Source: Heterodontus francisci (lineage: Eukaryota). From it: a stretch of DNA of 64,000 nucleotides. The stretch's first letter is position 1. Every line of letters starts with the position of its first letter. Location of the stretch: contig NC_090377.1 in assembly GCF_036365525.1 (NCBI RefSeq), positions 101,908,923-101,972,922 on the forward strand. Direction: 5' to 3'. The notes below the pieces were generated by a model. The model was not told the DNA's origin. It did no database searches and was given only the letters and a program-made list of their open reading frames with translations. Both the position numbers and the translations under genes were made by a program. Of the stretch, positions 50,057 to 62,400 are shown piece by piece.

Positions 50057-52937
50057 GGCCCGAATTTTACCAGTTAGGCAGATGACCCAATGTCAGGAGG
50101 GTATCTGGGTTGGCAGCATGCATTTGTGGGCAGCGGAACTTCCTCGCCGATTTTGTGGACGAGCCAATTAAGGGCCGGCAGGCGGAGAAGTTGACCAATT
50201 AAGGATAGTGGGCAGGTCCTAGTGCCAGCAGCTCACCCTGCGGTGCCATTTTTAAAGGCACACATGCAGCAGTCAGGCAGCCTCAGACACAGGCAAAAAG
50301 GAGCAGGTCAACAACAACGGAGGCAGTGGAGGAATAGCTTCTGCATGAGGAAGGTTTGCTCCACAATTCAGCAACCTGCCTGGAGGCGCTTCTACAGGCA
50401 GTCAGAGAAAGGAGAGATGTCCTGTTTCCAGCAGATGAGAGGAGGAGGCCAGTAAGCCTAACAAAGAAGGCATGGCTGGAGGTGGCACAGAAAGTGAGCA
50501 GCTGGGTTGCTGAACCTGGATCTAGTGCAGGAAGAGACTATATGATCTGATGTGGTCTGAAAAGGTTCGTGATGTTTAGAATTGCAAACTGGAAGCCCAG
50601 TATGAATTAAAAGGTGCCCATGAAATGTGAGGCCAGGTGGTAGACCCATGCATGGGGCAATACCAGACACCAACATCCACATTGAGGTCCCCAGTTCAGG
50701 TGCACCCAAACCCCATGGTCAGTGATGGGTAAATGCTACATTGAGATGGCCAAATGGCCGTGTCACCATTGCAGCTGCACAGTGCTGCATATTTACATCG
50801 CCTCAGAGTGACCAGCACAGATGGGCCATGAGATAGAAGTGACACTGCGTATGTCTTTGCTTGCAGGAGAAGTGCATTCAGAATGTCAGGGAGCGTCAGT
50901 GAATGGGAGGTGGAGTGCCTTTCATTGCCGTGGTGACACCAATGGAGGAGAAGGCCATGGACATTAGATGTGTTACGGCAGGGCAGCCTGTCTCTGATGG
51001 CACTCGGTGGAAGCTGTGGGGTGTGAGTAAAGGAATGGTAATAACCATCATCTAGACCACTGGAAGCTCCTTATCAAGGTGAGGCACCAAGAGCTGGTTG
51101 AAGGAGCAGCTGTTTCACTTAAGTCATGTCTTCATCAGGTACAGCAGCAGATGAGAAACAGATCAGGGCTCCTGCTACACTGGAAAGCTCAGAGAATGTA
51201 ATGCCATCTGAAGACACTGCGTCACTTTATTCCAGTGCATCCTCCACCAGTGCAGATATGCTCACATCAGTGGCTTTGTTGCGCATGTAGAATGGGTGGC
51301 ACAATCTGGTGAGCATTGCATAGACATGCAGAAGGAGGTAACAGAGACAGTGACAGCTACAGCCGTTGCCCCTTGGAGAAGTGAGGAGAGGCGCAGCGAT
51401 GCTCAGCTGCATGCAGATGACGAGCCTCAGGTGTCATCAGCAAAGCAGCAGAGGCTTCAGTGTATCCAGAGGCAGTGAAGTCTCATGCTCAAACAATGGA
51501 GGAGTCCATCCATGCCATGAGTGGCTCCATATTTCTGGCATGTGAATGCATGGCATCCTCCATTGAGAGAGTGGCAACCCTCATGGAGAGACACATTTAA
51601 CTTAGCACTGAGTGGATGTAGGGGGTGCACACAGACCTCCATAGCTTGGCCTCCTCCATGAGATTTCTGGAGTGATGGGTGGCAGAGATGGGCCAGCCAT
51701 GCAACTCCTGTCGGGGGCAACTACAGAAGTGCATGTGCTGCCTGAAAGGGCAGAGGAGGGGCAGACTGAAGGCGATGAGGGGTCCTCTCAAGGCGCTTCG
51801 ATAGCTGCAGACAGATCTTTTACCCCTTTGACAGTGATACCAATGCTGCGTGCTGGTCTGATGTCTGAGGTTGTCCGGAACAGATACAGGTGGCCCGGAA
51901 TGTGCCAGGCCCTAGTAGGACTCAGGTACCAGAGGACGCAGGCCACGGCCATCTCATGCACCAGAACATGGAAGTCAGCAGTCTGCCCTACATCAACTCC
52001 AGGTGCAGGTAGAGGACCCTGTAAAAGTGACCATTAGGGAGTGTGTAAATGTGTGGACTAGCACTTAGGGTTTTACTGGGTGCTAATAATTTGTTAAATG
52101 CTTTTTGTGTTTAACGAGAGTTAAAGGTCTTGACATGCAATGTATATTGAGTCGTTTATTTATTTTGTGCACCAGTTGACATTGGCCAGATGTGGAATCA
52201 AATATATGGGTGGTGTGTAAAGGTTAGCGCCTCATGAGCGCCTGTGTTGATAGAAGGCCTTGACATATAGTGCTAATGAGTACAGAGAGATCACAGAATC
52301 ACAGAATAATACAGTGCAGAAGAGGCCCTTCGGCCCATCGAGTCTGCACCAATGCATTAAAAACACCTGACCTGTCTACCTAATCCCATTTGCCAGCACT
52401 TGGCCCATAGCCTTGAATGTTATGACGTGCCAAGTGCTCATCCAGGTACTTTTTAAAGGATGTGAGGCAACCTGCATCTACCACCCTCCCAGGCAGGGCA
52501 TTCCAGACCGTCACCACCCTCTGGGTAAAAAAGTTCTTCCTCAAATCCCCCTTAAACCTCCCGCCCCGCACCTTAAACTTATGACCCCTCGTAACTGACC
52601 CTTCAACTAAGGGGAACAGCTGCTCCCTATCCACCCTGTCCGTGCCCATGGTAAGGGGCTCTTATGAAACGTTAGCAAAGCAGCTGAGCCTCCATGCATC
52701 CTGTGCACCGTTCATAAAATCGGAAAAAGGTAGGAAAATACCTGACAATAGGTTGTCTAACGACCTTAATTAGCTTTGCGTTGCCAATTTGTTTGTCTGA
52801 TCCATCCCATCACCCGCATCTTGTAAAATTAGTCAGTTGCAGGAAGGTGTCAGGGAGCCGGTCTGAAACGGCCCATATTATTTTACCAGGCCTCCCGCCT
52901 CCATTTCCGCTGCCATGGGGCTGGTAAAATTCAACCC
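50057..52937 (+). mobile_element. PIF/Harbinger transposon carrying a decayed Myb/SANT-like gene (no transposase seen)
   Basis: TIRs GGCCCGAATTTTACCAG / CTGGTAAAATTCAACCC (14/17), 3-bp TSD ATT; ORF LEALLQAVRERRDVLFP..KKAWLEVAQKVS; spliced-looking EK.IQN.RER..GGG segment after ttgcAG at ~50866. Confidence 0.8.
52290..52650 (-). mobile_element. Young CR1 3' end nested in the Harbinger
   Basis: ORF DRVDREQLFPLVEGSVTRGHKFKVRGGRFKGDLRKNFFTQRVV; tail (attctgtg)2. Confidence 0.9.
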
Positions 52938-53259
52938 ATTAACTCTGCTTCTCTCTCTACGGACGCTGCCTGACTTGCTCAGCATTCCCAGCACTTTATA
53001 TTATCACACTCAACTGATGATTGGAAAGAGGTTGACAGGGCTGGATTTACATGGCCAGGTTAGAGTTATCTTGCTTTTCTAGGTGAACCTCCGCATTAAC
53101 AGTTAGATGCCATTGTCATGGCTGTACTGAAGCTGCTTGGTTTGGGGAGTGGTAGCTCTGAATCTTTGCATCTTCTCTGGGATATTTGCTGTGTCCAGTG
53201 CACTAGGCCACTTCCCTATTGCATGTGAAGTGAACCAGTAAAAATAAGGTAAGTAGAAT

Positions 53260-53990
53260 GAGGAGATGCAATATAAAGAAAATGATGCAATTTTTAAGGG
53301 GGTGCAGGAAGAGAAACTTTGGGCATGTACACAAATTTTCATAAGTGGCAGGATGAGTTGAGAAAGCTGTTAAAAAGACTTACAGAATCCTTAGCTTTAC
53401 AAATAGAGGCATAGAGTACAAAGGCAAGGTAGTAATGCTCGACCTTTATAAAACAATGGCTAGGGCCTAGCTGGGGTATTGTGGCCAATACTAGGCATCA
53501 CACCAAGAACATGAAGGCCTTGGAGAGGATGCAGAATAAATTCACTGGAATGATACCAGGGATGAAAGACTTCAGTTACATGGAGCGAGTAGAGACACTG
53601 GGGTTGCATTCCTTAAAGCAGAGAAGGTTAAGGGAAAAACTGATAGAGGTGTTCAAAATCATGAATGGTTTCGATAGAGTAAATTGGGAGAAACTGTTGC
53701 CATGACAGAAGGGTCAGTAACACAAATGTAAAATAATTGGCGAAAGAGCAAGAAATAATATGTGGAGAAAAATGATATGCAGCAAATTATATTGATCTGG
53801 AATGCACTGCCTGAAAGGGTGGAGGAAACAGATTTAATAACTTCTGAAAAGCAAATTGGATAAATACTTGAAGGGAAAACATTTGCAGAGCTATGGGGAA
53901 AGGCAGAGGAGTGGGTCTAATTGTATAGCTCTTGCAAAGAGCTAAAATAAAGTACAATAGGCCTCCATCTATGCTGCATCAGTCTATGTG
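53260..53990 (+). mobile_element. CR1 3' fragment
   Basis: ORF ..LERMQNKFTGMIPGMKDFSY..RRLREKLIEVFKIMNGFDRV. Confidence 0.85.
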
Positions 53991-54319
53991 GTCTAACCAA
54001 CAATCAGTATACTCATACTGAGGACAACCTCCATCACGTTCTGTAGCACTACAACAGTGCTAAATGGAATAGATTCAGAACAGATCTAGCAGCTCAACTC
54101 TCGGTGCTGTGAGCAATCAGCAGCAGCAGAATAGTAATTCCAGCATAATCTGTAACTTCATGGCCCAGCAGATCGCTCAATCTACCATTACCTTCAAGCT
54201 AGGGAACCAACCTTGGTTTAATGAGTATAGAAGAGCATGCCAGGAGTAGCACTAGGCTTACTTGAAAATTAGATGCCAACCTGATGAAGCTACAACACAG
54301 GACGGCAGGGGTTTGCTAA

Positions 54320-55440
54320 ATCATTGAATCATAAAATGTTATAAAACAGAAGGAGACCATCCCTATCACACCTGTGCAGCTGTTTGAAAGAGCTGTCCAA
54401 TTTAATCTCACATCTCAGCTTTTCCCCCATAACTCCGTAAATTAGTCTTCCTTAGGTATATGTTCAATTGCCTTTTGAAAGTTCCTATGAGATCTGATTC
54501 CACTACCTTTTCAGATAGTGTGTTCCAGATATGTTAACAACTCTCTATGTGAAGAGATATTTCCTCATTTCCACTCCAGTTATTTACTAATTATGTGAAA
54601 TCTATGACCTCTGGTTACCAACCCACCTGCCAGAGGAAATAGTTTCTCCCTATTTACTCTAACAAATCCCTCATAGTTTTGAATACCTGTATTATGTCTG
54701 TCCTAAGGAGAATAATTCTATTTTCTCCAATCTCTCCACATAACTGAATTCCTCATCCCTAATATCATCCGGGGAAACCTTCTCTGTACCGAGTCCAGGG
54801 CCTTGACATCCTTCTCAAAGTGTGGTGCCCAGAATTGAACACAACACTCCAGTCAAGTCTAACCAAAGATTTGTAAATGTTTAGCATGACTTCCTTACTT
54901 TTGTATTCAATGCCTCTATTTAACAAGTCAAGTATCCCATATGCTTTCTTAACCGCCTTATTGCTCTACCACTTTGAAAGATTTGTGAATATGCATCGCC
55001 AGATTCCTCTGCTCTTGCACCCCCTCAAAACAGTACCATTTAGATTATATTACCGCTGCATACTGTTTCTCCCAAAATGCATCACTTCACACTTAACAGC
55101 ATTAAATTGCATCTTCCATGTGTCTGCCCATTTCACCAGTCTATGTCCCCCTGAGGCTTGCTATTATTCTGCTCACTATTTATTATGTTGGCAAGTCTTA
55201 CATTGTCTACTAACTTCAAAATTGCACTCCCTATATCCAAACCTTAGTTATCTGGGAGGGGTTGGCAGATGGTGGGAAGGAACCCCATTCTGTCCTTCTC
55301 TCCATTCAGAGTTATAAAACCATTCACCACTACTCTCTGCTTCATATCCTTAGTCAATGTCATACTCAAGTTATTACCATCTCTTTAATGCCATACGCGT
55401 CTATTTTCCGAAGAAACCTGCTATGTGGTACTTTATCTGA
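54320..55440 (-). mobile_element. Degenerate CR1 LINE
   Basis: Antisense CR1 ORF2 signature (cccaaaatgcatcacttcacactt) and CR1 3' UTR. Confidence 0.8.
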
Positions 55441-56054
55441 TCACTTTCTTGGGTCGCTCTCCATACACATCCACCTTCCCCCTCCCATCCCTACTTCCTT
55501 CTGTGTCAGCCCCTGGAAATCTCAACTGTCTAGCTATTGGCATTCCGTTCACCACAATATTTCTGCACCTACTGATCTGCTCAGCCATACCCTCAGCTCC
55601 ATATTTAATGTCCTAGTCCCAATTAATTTCATTACTCTTTCTCACCCTGGCCACTTCCCCTGGCTGGCCCTCATCTCTGCACCCTTAAGACTTTAATGGA
55701 TAAGGTGGACAACTGAATTCGCCAGAGCTGGTTGGACTAAATAAAGCACTTTTGGGCCCTCGTCTGTAAAAACAGCTCACTATTCTAGGATCATCCTGGA
55801 AAGCAAAGATAACCCCCATCTTCTTTTCTCTACTGCAAACAGTCTTCTTAAACCCCTCTTATCAAAGTCACAAATGACATCCCATGTGACTACGAAAAAG
55901 GTAAACTATCCCTCCTCATCCTTTTTGATCTGTCTGCAGCCTTTGACACAGAAGACCACACCATCCATCTCCAACACCTCTCTGCCATTGCCCAGCTGTG
56001 TGGGACTGTGCTCGCCTGGTTCCATTTTTATCTATTCAGTCGTAGTCAGAGAAA

Positions 56055-56480
56055 TGTTAATTTTATTTTAGTTTGTTTAGTTTGTTTCTACTGTGTGCCT
56101 ACCCACTTTTTTTTCATGTTTGTGCTTGGGGCCTTGGCTGTTCAATTTTCTGTCTTTTAACACCCTCTCTGAACTAACACTTTGTCTTTCACCATACCAT
56201 TAACATACCGTTTGCCTTTGCTCCATAACCTTCTGGTCAGTTATTCTCTGTGACCTTGTCCTATCGACACCTTCTCTTTTGTTATCTCTTGCCCTACCCC
56301 CGCTTTACTTGCTTAAAACCTATTACATTTCTAGCCTCTGGCAGTTCTGATGAAAGGTCACTGACCTGAAACGTTAACTCTGCTTCTTTCTCCCCAGATG
56401 CTGCCAGACCTGCTGAGTATTTCCAGCATTTCTTGTTTTTATTTCAGATTTCCAGCATCTGCAGTATTTTGCTTTTATCT
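56055..56480 (+). mobile_element. Penelope-like 3' region and terminal repeat with intact hammerhead core
   Basis: Pyrimidine-rich 3' region followed by CTGATGA...GAAACGTT and the family tail. Confidence 0.8.
56343..56379 (+). ncRNA. Minimal type I hammerhead ribozyme motif
   Basis: AGTT-CTGATGA-a-AGGTC-act-GACCT-GAAA-CG-TT-AACT. Confidence 0.7.
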
Positions 56481-57769
56481 TTGACCAAGCTTTTGGCCAC
56501 CTGCCCTAATATATTCTAAGGTGGCTAGGTGGCAAATTTTGCTTTATAATGCATCTGTGAAGTATCTTGGGCCATTTTATTACGTTAAAGGCACTATGCA
56601 AACACAAGTTTTTTTTTAATCAAGTAACTTTTGAATGTCCATATATACATCACCTGCTCACGGATGCTCAGTTTGGTTCTCACCAGGAGCTCAGCTCCAG
56701 ATCGCATTACAGTCTTGGTCTAAACATGAACAAAAGAGTTGAATTCCAGTGGTGGAGTGAGAGTGGTGGTCCTTGGCATTATGTAATTGCAGATGTTGGA
56801 AGCCAATCCTACCAGCCCAAGGACATCGCTGCACGAGTTTCACAGGGTAGTATCCTAGACCCAAACATCTTCAACTGCTTCAATGACCTTCCCTCCATTA
56901 TAAGGTCAGAAGTGGGACTATTCACTGATGATTGCACAATGTTCAGTTCCATTTGCAATTCCTCAGTTAATGAAGTAGTCCATGCCCACATGCAGCAAGA
57001 CCTGAATAACATCCAGGCTTGGCCTGATAAGTGGTAAGTAACATTCACGCCACACAAGTGCCAAGCCATGACCATCTCCAGCAAGACAGGGTCTTAATGC
57101 CCCACCTGTACCAGCCACATAAATACTGTGGTTACAAAAGCAGGTCAGAGGCAGGATATAATCTGAGTAACTCTGTTCCTGACACCCTAAAGCTTTTCCA
57201 CCAGCTATAAGGCTCAAGTCAGGAGTGTAATGAAATTCTCTCCACTTGCCTGGATGAGTGCAACTCTAACAACACTCAAGCTCAACACTATCCAAGACAA
57301 AGCAGCCCGCTTGATTAGCATCTCATCCACCACCTTAAACATTTACTTCCTCCACAAACAGTGAACAATGGCTGCAGTTTGTACCAACTACAAGATGCAC
57401 AGCAGCAACTCACCAAGGCTTCTTCAACAGCACCTCCCAAACCTGTGACTTCTACCATCTAGAAAGGCAAGGCAGCTGGCATATAGGAACTCCACCATCT
57501 CCAAGTCCCTCTCCTAGACAAACCATCCTAACTTGGAAATATATCACAATTCCTTATTGTTGCTGGGTCAAAATCCTGGAATTTCCTACCTAACAGCACT
57601 GTGGGAGCACTTACACTCACACAGACTGCAGCGGTTCAAGAAGGCAGTTCATTACCACCTTCTCAAGGGCAATTAGAGACGGGCAGTAAATGCTGACCTT
57701 GCCTGCATCCTGCAAATGAATAATTTTTTTTTTAAATGAGAGCCTATTTTGTATTGGTCCTACAAACAT

Positions 57770-58395
57770 GCCAATGTTACATTTATGTATTATTGTCCAG
57801 CCCCAATTATTCCAATGTTCTCCTGGCCAGTCTCCCATCTTCTACCCTCAAAGAAGATGAGTTCATGCAAAACTCTGCTGCGTGAAGCAGAACATGAAGA
57901 AAGTCCAGTACATCCATCATCCCTATGCTCATTGACCTACATTGACTCATGGTCCAACAGCACCTTGATTTTAAAATTCTCATCCTCATTTTGAAGTCTC
58001 TCCATGGCCTCACCTCTTTCAAACAGCCCTTCCTATCTGAACTTCAGAGTGTCAGCATTGTGTGTTCTCAAAACTCAGTCCAGCCCACTTGTGTTGCAAA
58101 TAGACACAGCCGATATCTTCTTACCCTGGGAAGCCCTTGCCGCTTGTCAAGGACTTCCATCTCATTGTACCGAAGTCTTGAATTATACTGTGGTACATTT
58201 TTGTCAGGCAGAGGAAAGCATGTTGTTCATGTCTTCCCATTTGATACTTTGATGAAGTAATCATTCAGAATATTTACTATCGCCATGTCAAAAATAATCA
58301 CCTGATTATTTTTTGTCTGATGACGCGCCTGTGAAGTGCCATGAGACATTTTACTCCAGTAAAGGTGCTATATAAATGCAAGCTGTTGTTATTGA
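57770..58395 (+). mobile_element. L2 LINE fragments
   Basis: ..QHLDFKILILILKSLHGL; tail aaggtgctatataaatgcaag. Confidence 0.65.
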
Positions 58396-59471
58396 TTGAA
58401 TAAACCAACATGAAATAAATGCACCCATTCCTGTGTGACTCTAAACTCGAAGAATAATAAAGCAAAACATGGGTGCACAGTCACCTTTAATACAATAAAC
58501 CCAAAAGTGAGCAAAGCCAATCTACATATACCCGATACCACGATTCTCCATTGTATTTAAATATGTTTTTCTTTCTCATAGATGTAAACTGAGGGCCAGC
58601 ATTGAGAGAAATATTTGGCTGCTCATTTGCTACAAGGGGGTCATCAAACTGAGGAAGCCCTCCTTGCATAGTGGTTTGGTCCTGGGAGTAAGCTGCTGCT
58701 GGCTGCAATACTGGACCTTGTGCCTAGGCAGCTTGATGTCATCCCTACATACCACCAGCGTGGTGCTCTGAGGAAGAAAGCCAGATACCCAGCCAGAAGT
58801 TGTCTCGAGAGACGGCAGTCTTAGGTAGCTGTTGCCATTCCATTGGGCCTTGGAGTTGTGCCTTTACTGATTAGCAGTCTGGCAAGTCTAATAACAGCTA
58901 TCACATCTTGAAAGCTCTTAGAGACAGAAACCTGAATGCAGGCCACCATCTTCTGGAAGTCTGCATCCAATGAAGCTTCCTGAAAAGTGAGCCAAATAAT
59001 TTCTTATTTATCTGCTGCTTCCCCACCATGATGCTTTAACAACAATAACTTAAATTTATATAGCACCTTTAAGGTAATGAAACATTCATTGTAATGCATT
59101 TGTATAATATACAAATGATGTGATGGCGTAATGACGTGATGATTTCATGACAGAAATAAACACTTCCTTGAACTGCCCATGCTTGGTGTCCACCTCGTCT
59201 GTTAGCGCCGCCTAAATATATCTCAGAAATCTTTAGCCATTCTTGGCTTTTTAAAGATTGCAAACTAATTTTCAAGCACCCACCAGCACATCACACCCAT
59301 ATTACAGGGAATTTGCACAGGAGATCCTCCAACGAATATAAAATGAGCTGACAGATGGAATTCAGGTAGATTTTGTAGAGTATTGGTAGGTGCAGTTCCT
59401 GACCCATTGGAGCTAATTTGACTTTTCTCATCACATGGAATTCGAGGACCCCAGTCTTTGGGCCAAAAGAA

Positions 59472-62400
59472 TTCAAGGTAAAAATGTCACTGATACTTTT
59501 TCTTGACTTTTATTCACACAATTACCATAACAAAATCCGGAGCGGAACCCCGTAGGCGGTCATGTGTCACCTTTGGCATGTTTCCGGCAGTTCCTGCAGC
59601 CATACTGGTGCCAAACGTCGTGTCCTGCACTCCTTTGGACCCCACCAGAAAGGCCGAGAGGGGGGTTTTGACGACTGGGCAACTCTCAACCTCCATAAAT
59701 TTGCCCAGGCATGCGCCATGGAGAGGTCACTCCATAGTTGCCTCACAGCGACTGAAACAACACGGAAGGCAGCAGTTACGGGTTATAAGTCCAGATAAAT
59801 TGGCGTAGAAACTGGGCGCCACGGGTTGCCTTTGTCGGTGGGAGAGGTCATTGCACCTCACTTGACAGCTACCGCCCGCCTCAAACCGGGCAGCCCCCGG
59901 TCAATAAGGTTCTGTCCCGCCACAGTCTGCCTGCTTCAATGGGTGCTTGGAGCTCAGGGTCATTGCCCGAAAGGTGGACTGATACACCGCACCAAACAAC
60001 ATGAAAAAAGGAAAGAAGGTACCAGCCCTTCGGTTTGCAAGCTGGAACGTCAGAACTATGTGTCCTGGCCTGTCGGAAGACCTTACACAAATCAACGATT
60101 CTCGGAAGACCGCCATCATTAACAACGAGCTCAGTAGACTCAATGTGGACATTGCAGCACTTCAGGAGACTCGCCTCCCCGCGAGTGGCTCTCTAGCAGA
60201 GCAAGACTACACCTTCTTCTGGCAGGGCAGGGATCCTGAAGAACCAAGACAGCATGGAGTGGGCTTCGCCATCAGAAACTCCTTGCTCAGCATGATAGAG
60301 CCTCCCTCAAATGGCTCGGAACGCATACTGTCCATCCGACTGCTCACCACCTCTGGTCCAGTACACCTACTCAGCATCTATGCTCCAACACTCTGTTCCG
60401 CACCTGAAGCTAAAGACCAGTTCTATGAACAACTCCATAACATCATTAGCAGCATCCCCAACACCGAACACCTATTCCTGCTGGGGGACTTTAATGCCAG
60501 GGTTGGGGCCGACCATGACTCATGGCCCTCCTGCCTTGGGCGCTATGGCGTTGGAAGGATGAATGAGAACGGGCAGAGACTGCTTGAGTTGTGTACCTAT
60601 CATAACCTCTGCATCACCAACTCGTTCTTTCACACTAAACCCTGTCACCAGGTTTCATGGAGGCACCCAAGATCACGTCGTTGGCACCAGCTAGACCTCA
60701 TTGTCACAAGGCGAGCCGCCTTAAACAGTGTTCAAATCACACGCAGCTTCCACAGTGCGGACTGCGACACCGACCACTCCCTGGTGTGCAGCAAGGTTAG
60801 ACTCAGACCAAAGAAGTTGCATCATTCCAAGCAGAAGGGCCACCCGCGCATCAACACGAGCAGAATTTCTCACCCACAGCTGTTACAAAAATTTCTAAAT
60901 TCACTTGTAACAGCCCTTCAAAACACTCCCACAGGGGATGCTGAGACCAAGTGGGCCCACATCAGAGACGCCATCTATGAGTCAGCTTTGACCACCTACG
61001 GCAAAAGTGCGAAGAGAAATGCAGACTGGTTTCAATCTCATAATGAAGAGCTGGAACCTGTCATAGCCGCTAAGCGCATTGCACTTTTGAACTACAAGAA
61101 AGCCCCCAGCGATTTAACATCCGCAGCACTTAAAGCAGCCAGAAGTACTGCACAAAGAACAGCTAGGCGTTGCGCAAACGACTACTGGCAACACCTATGC
61201 AGCCATATTCAGCTGGCCTCAGACACCGGAAACATCAGAGGAATGTATGATGGCATGAAGAGAGCTCTTGGGCCAACCATCAAGAAGATCACCCCCCTCA
61301 AATCTAAATCGGGGGACATAATCACTGACCAACGCAAACAGATGGACCGCTGAGTTGAGCACTACCTAGAACTGTACTCCAGGGAGAATGCTGTCACTGA
61401 GACTGCCCTCAATGCAGCCCAGCCTCTACCAGTCATGGATGAGCTGGACATACAGCCAACCAAATCGGAACTCAGTGATGCCATTGATTCCCTAGCCAGC
61501 GGAAAAGCCCCTGGGAAGGACAGCATTACCCCTGAAATAATCAAGAGTGCCAAGCCTGCTATACTCTCAGCACTACATGAACTGCTATGCCTGTGCTGGG
61601 ACGAGGGAGCAGTACCCCAGGACATGCGCGATGCCAACATCATCACCCTCTATAAAAACAAAGGTGACCGCGGTGACTGCAACAACTACCGTGGAATCTC
61701 CCTGCTCAGCATAGTGGGGAAAGTCTTTGCTCGAGTCGCTCTGAACAGGCTCCAGAAGCTGGCCGAGCGCGTCTACCCTGAGGCACAGTGTGGCTTTCGT
61801 GCAGAGAGATCGACTATTGACATGCTGTTCTCCCTTCGTCAGATACAGGAGAAATGCCGTGAACAACAGATGCCCCTCTACATTGCTTTCATTGATCTCA
61901 CCAAAGCCTTTGACCTCGTCAGCAGACGTGGTCTCTTCAGACTACTAGAAAAGATCGGATGTCCACCAAAGCTACTAAGTATCATCACCTCATTCCATGA
62001 CAATATGAAAGGCACAATTCAACATGGTGGCTCCTCATCAGAGCCCTTTCCTATCCTGAGTGGTGTGAAACAGGGCTGTGTTCTCGCACCCACACTTTTT
62101 GGGATTTTCTTCTCCCTGCTGCTTTCACATGCGTTCAAATCCTCTGAAGAAGGAATTTTCCTCCACACAAGATCAGGGGGCAGGTTGTTCAACCTTGCCC
62201 GTCTAAGAGCGAAGTCCAAAGTACGGAAAGTCCTCATCAGAGAACTCCTCTTTGCTGACGATGCTGCTTTAACATCTCACACTGAAGAATGCCTGCAGAG
62301 TCTCATCGACAGGTTTGCGTCTGCCTGCAATGAATTTGGCCTAACCATCAGCCTCAAGAAAACGAACATCATGGGGCAGGATGTCAGAAATGCTCCATCC

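Larger units (their letters stand above)
55450..56615 (+). mobile_element. L2 LINE fragments flanking a Penelope insertion
   Basis: ctttttgatctgtctgcagcctttgacacag (LFDLSAAFDT); L2 tail at 56480-56615. Confidence 0.7.
54000..57720 (+). mobile_element. CR1/L2-group LINE (segments 54000-54310 and 56640-57720) interrupted by other elements
   Basis: QGSILDP.IFNCFNDLP...LFTDDCT..QQDLNNIQAW; 3' end cggttcaagaaggcag..caccttctcaagggcaatta. Confidence 0.7.

Noticed and set aside
59088-59230. CpG-containing segment with AATAAA resembling a short solo LTR or RTE promoter
   Set aside because: No convincing TSD or second copy; cannot be assigned
59463-59471. CCAAAAGAA as TSD of the long RTE (also at 63236-63244)
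   Set aside because: Overlaps the element's own 3' terminal sequence, so it cannot be distinguished from chance or tail homology; used only as an approximate boundary
61351-61353. Programmed readthrough or selenocysteine at the RTE internal TGA
   Set aside because: The paralogous copy has TGG here; a simple nonsense mutation or sequencing error is sufficient
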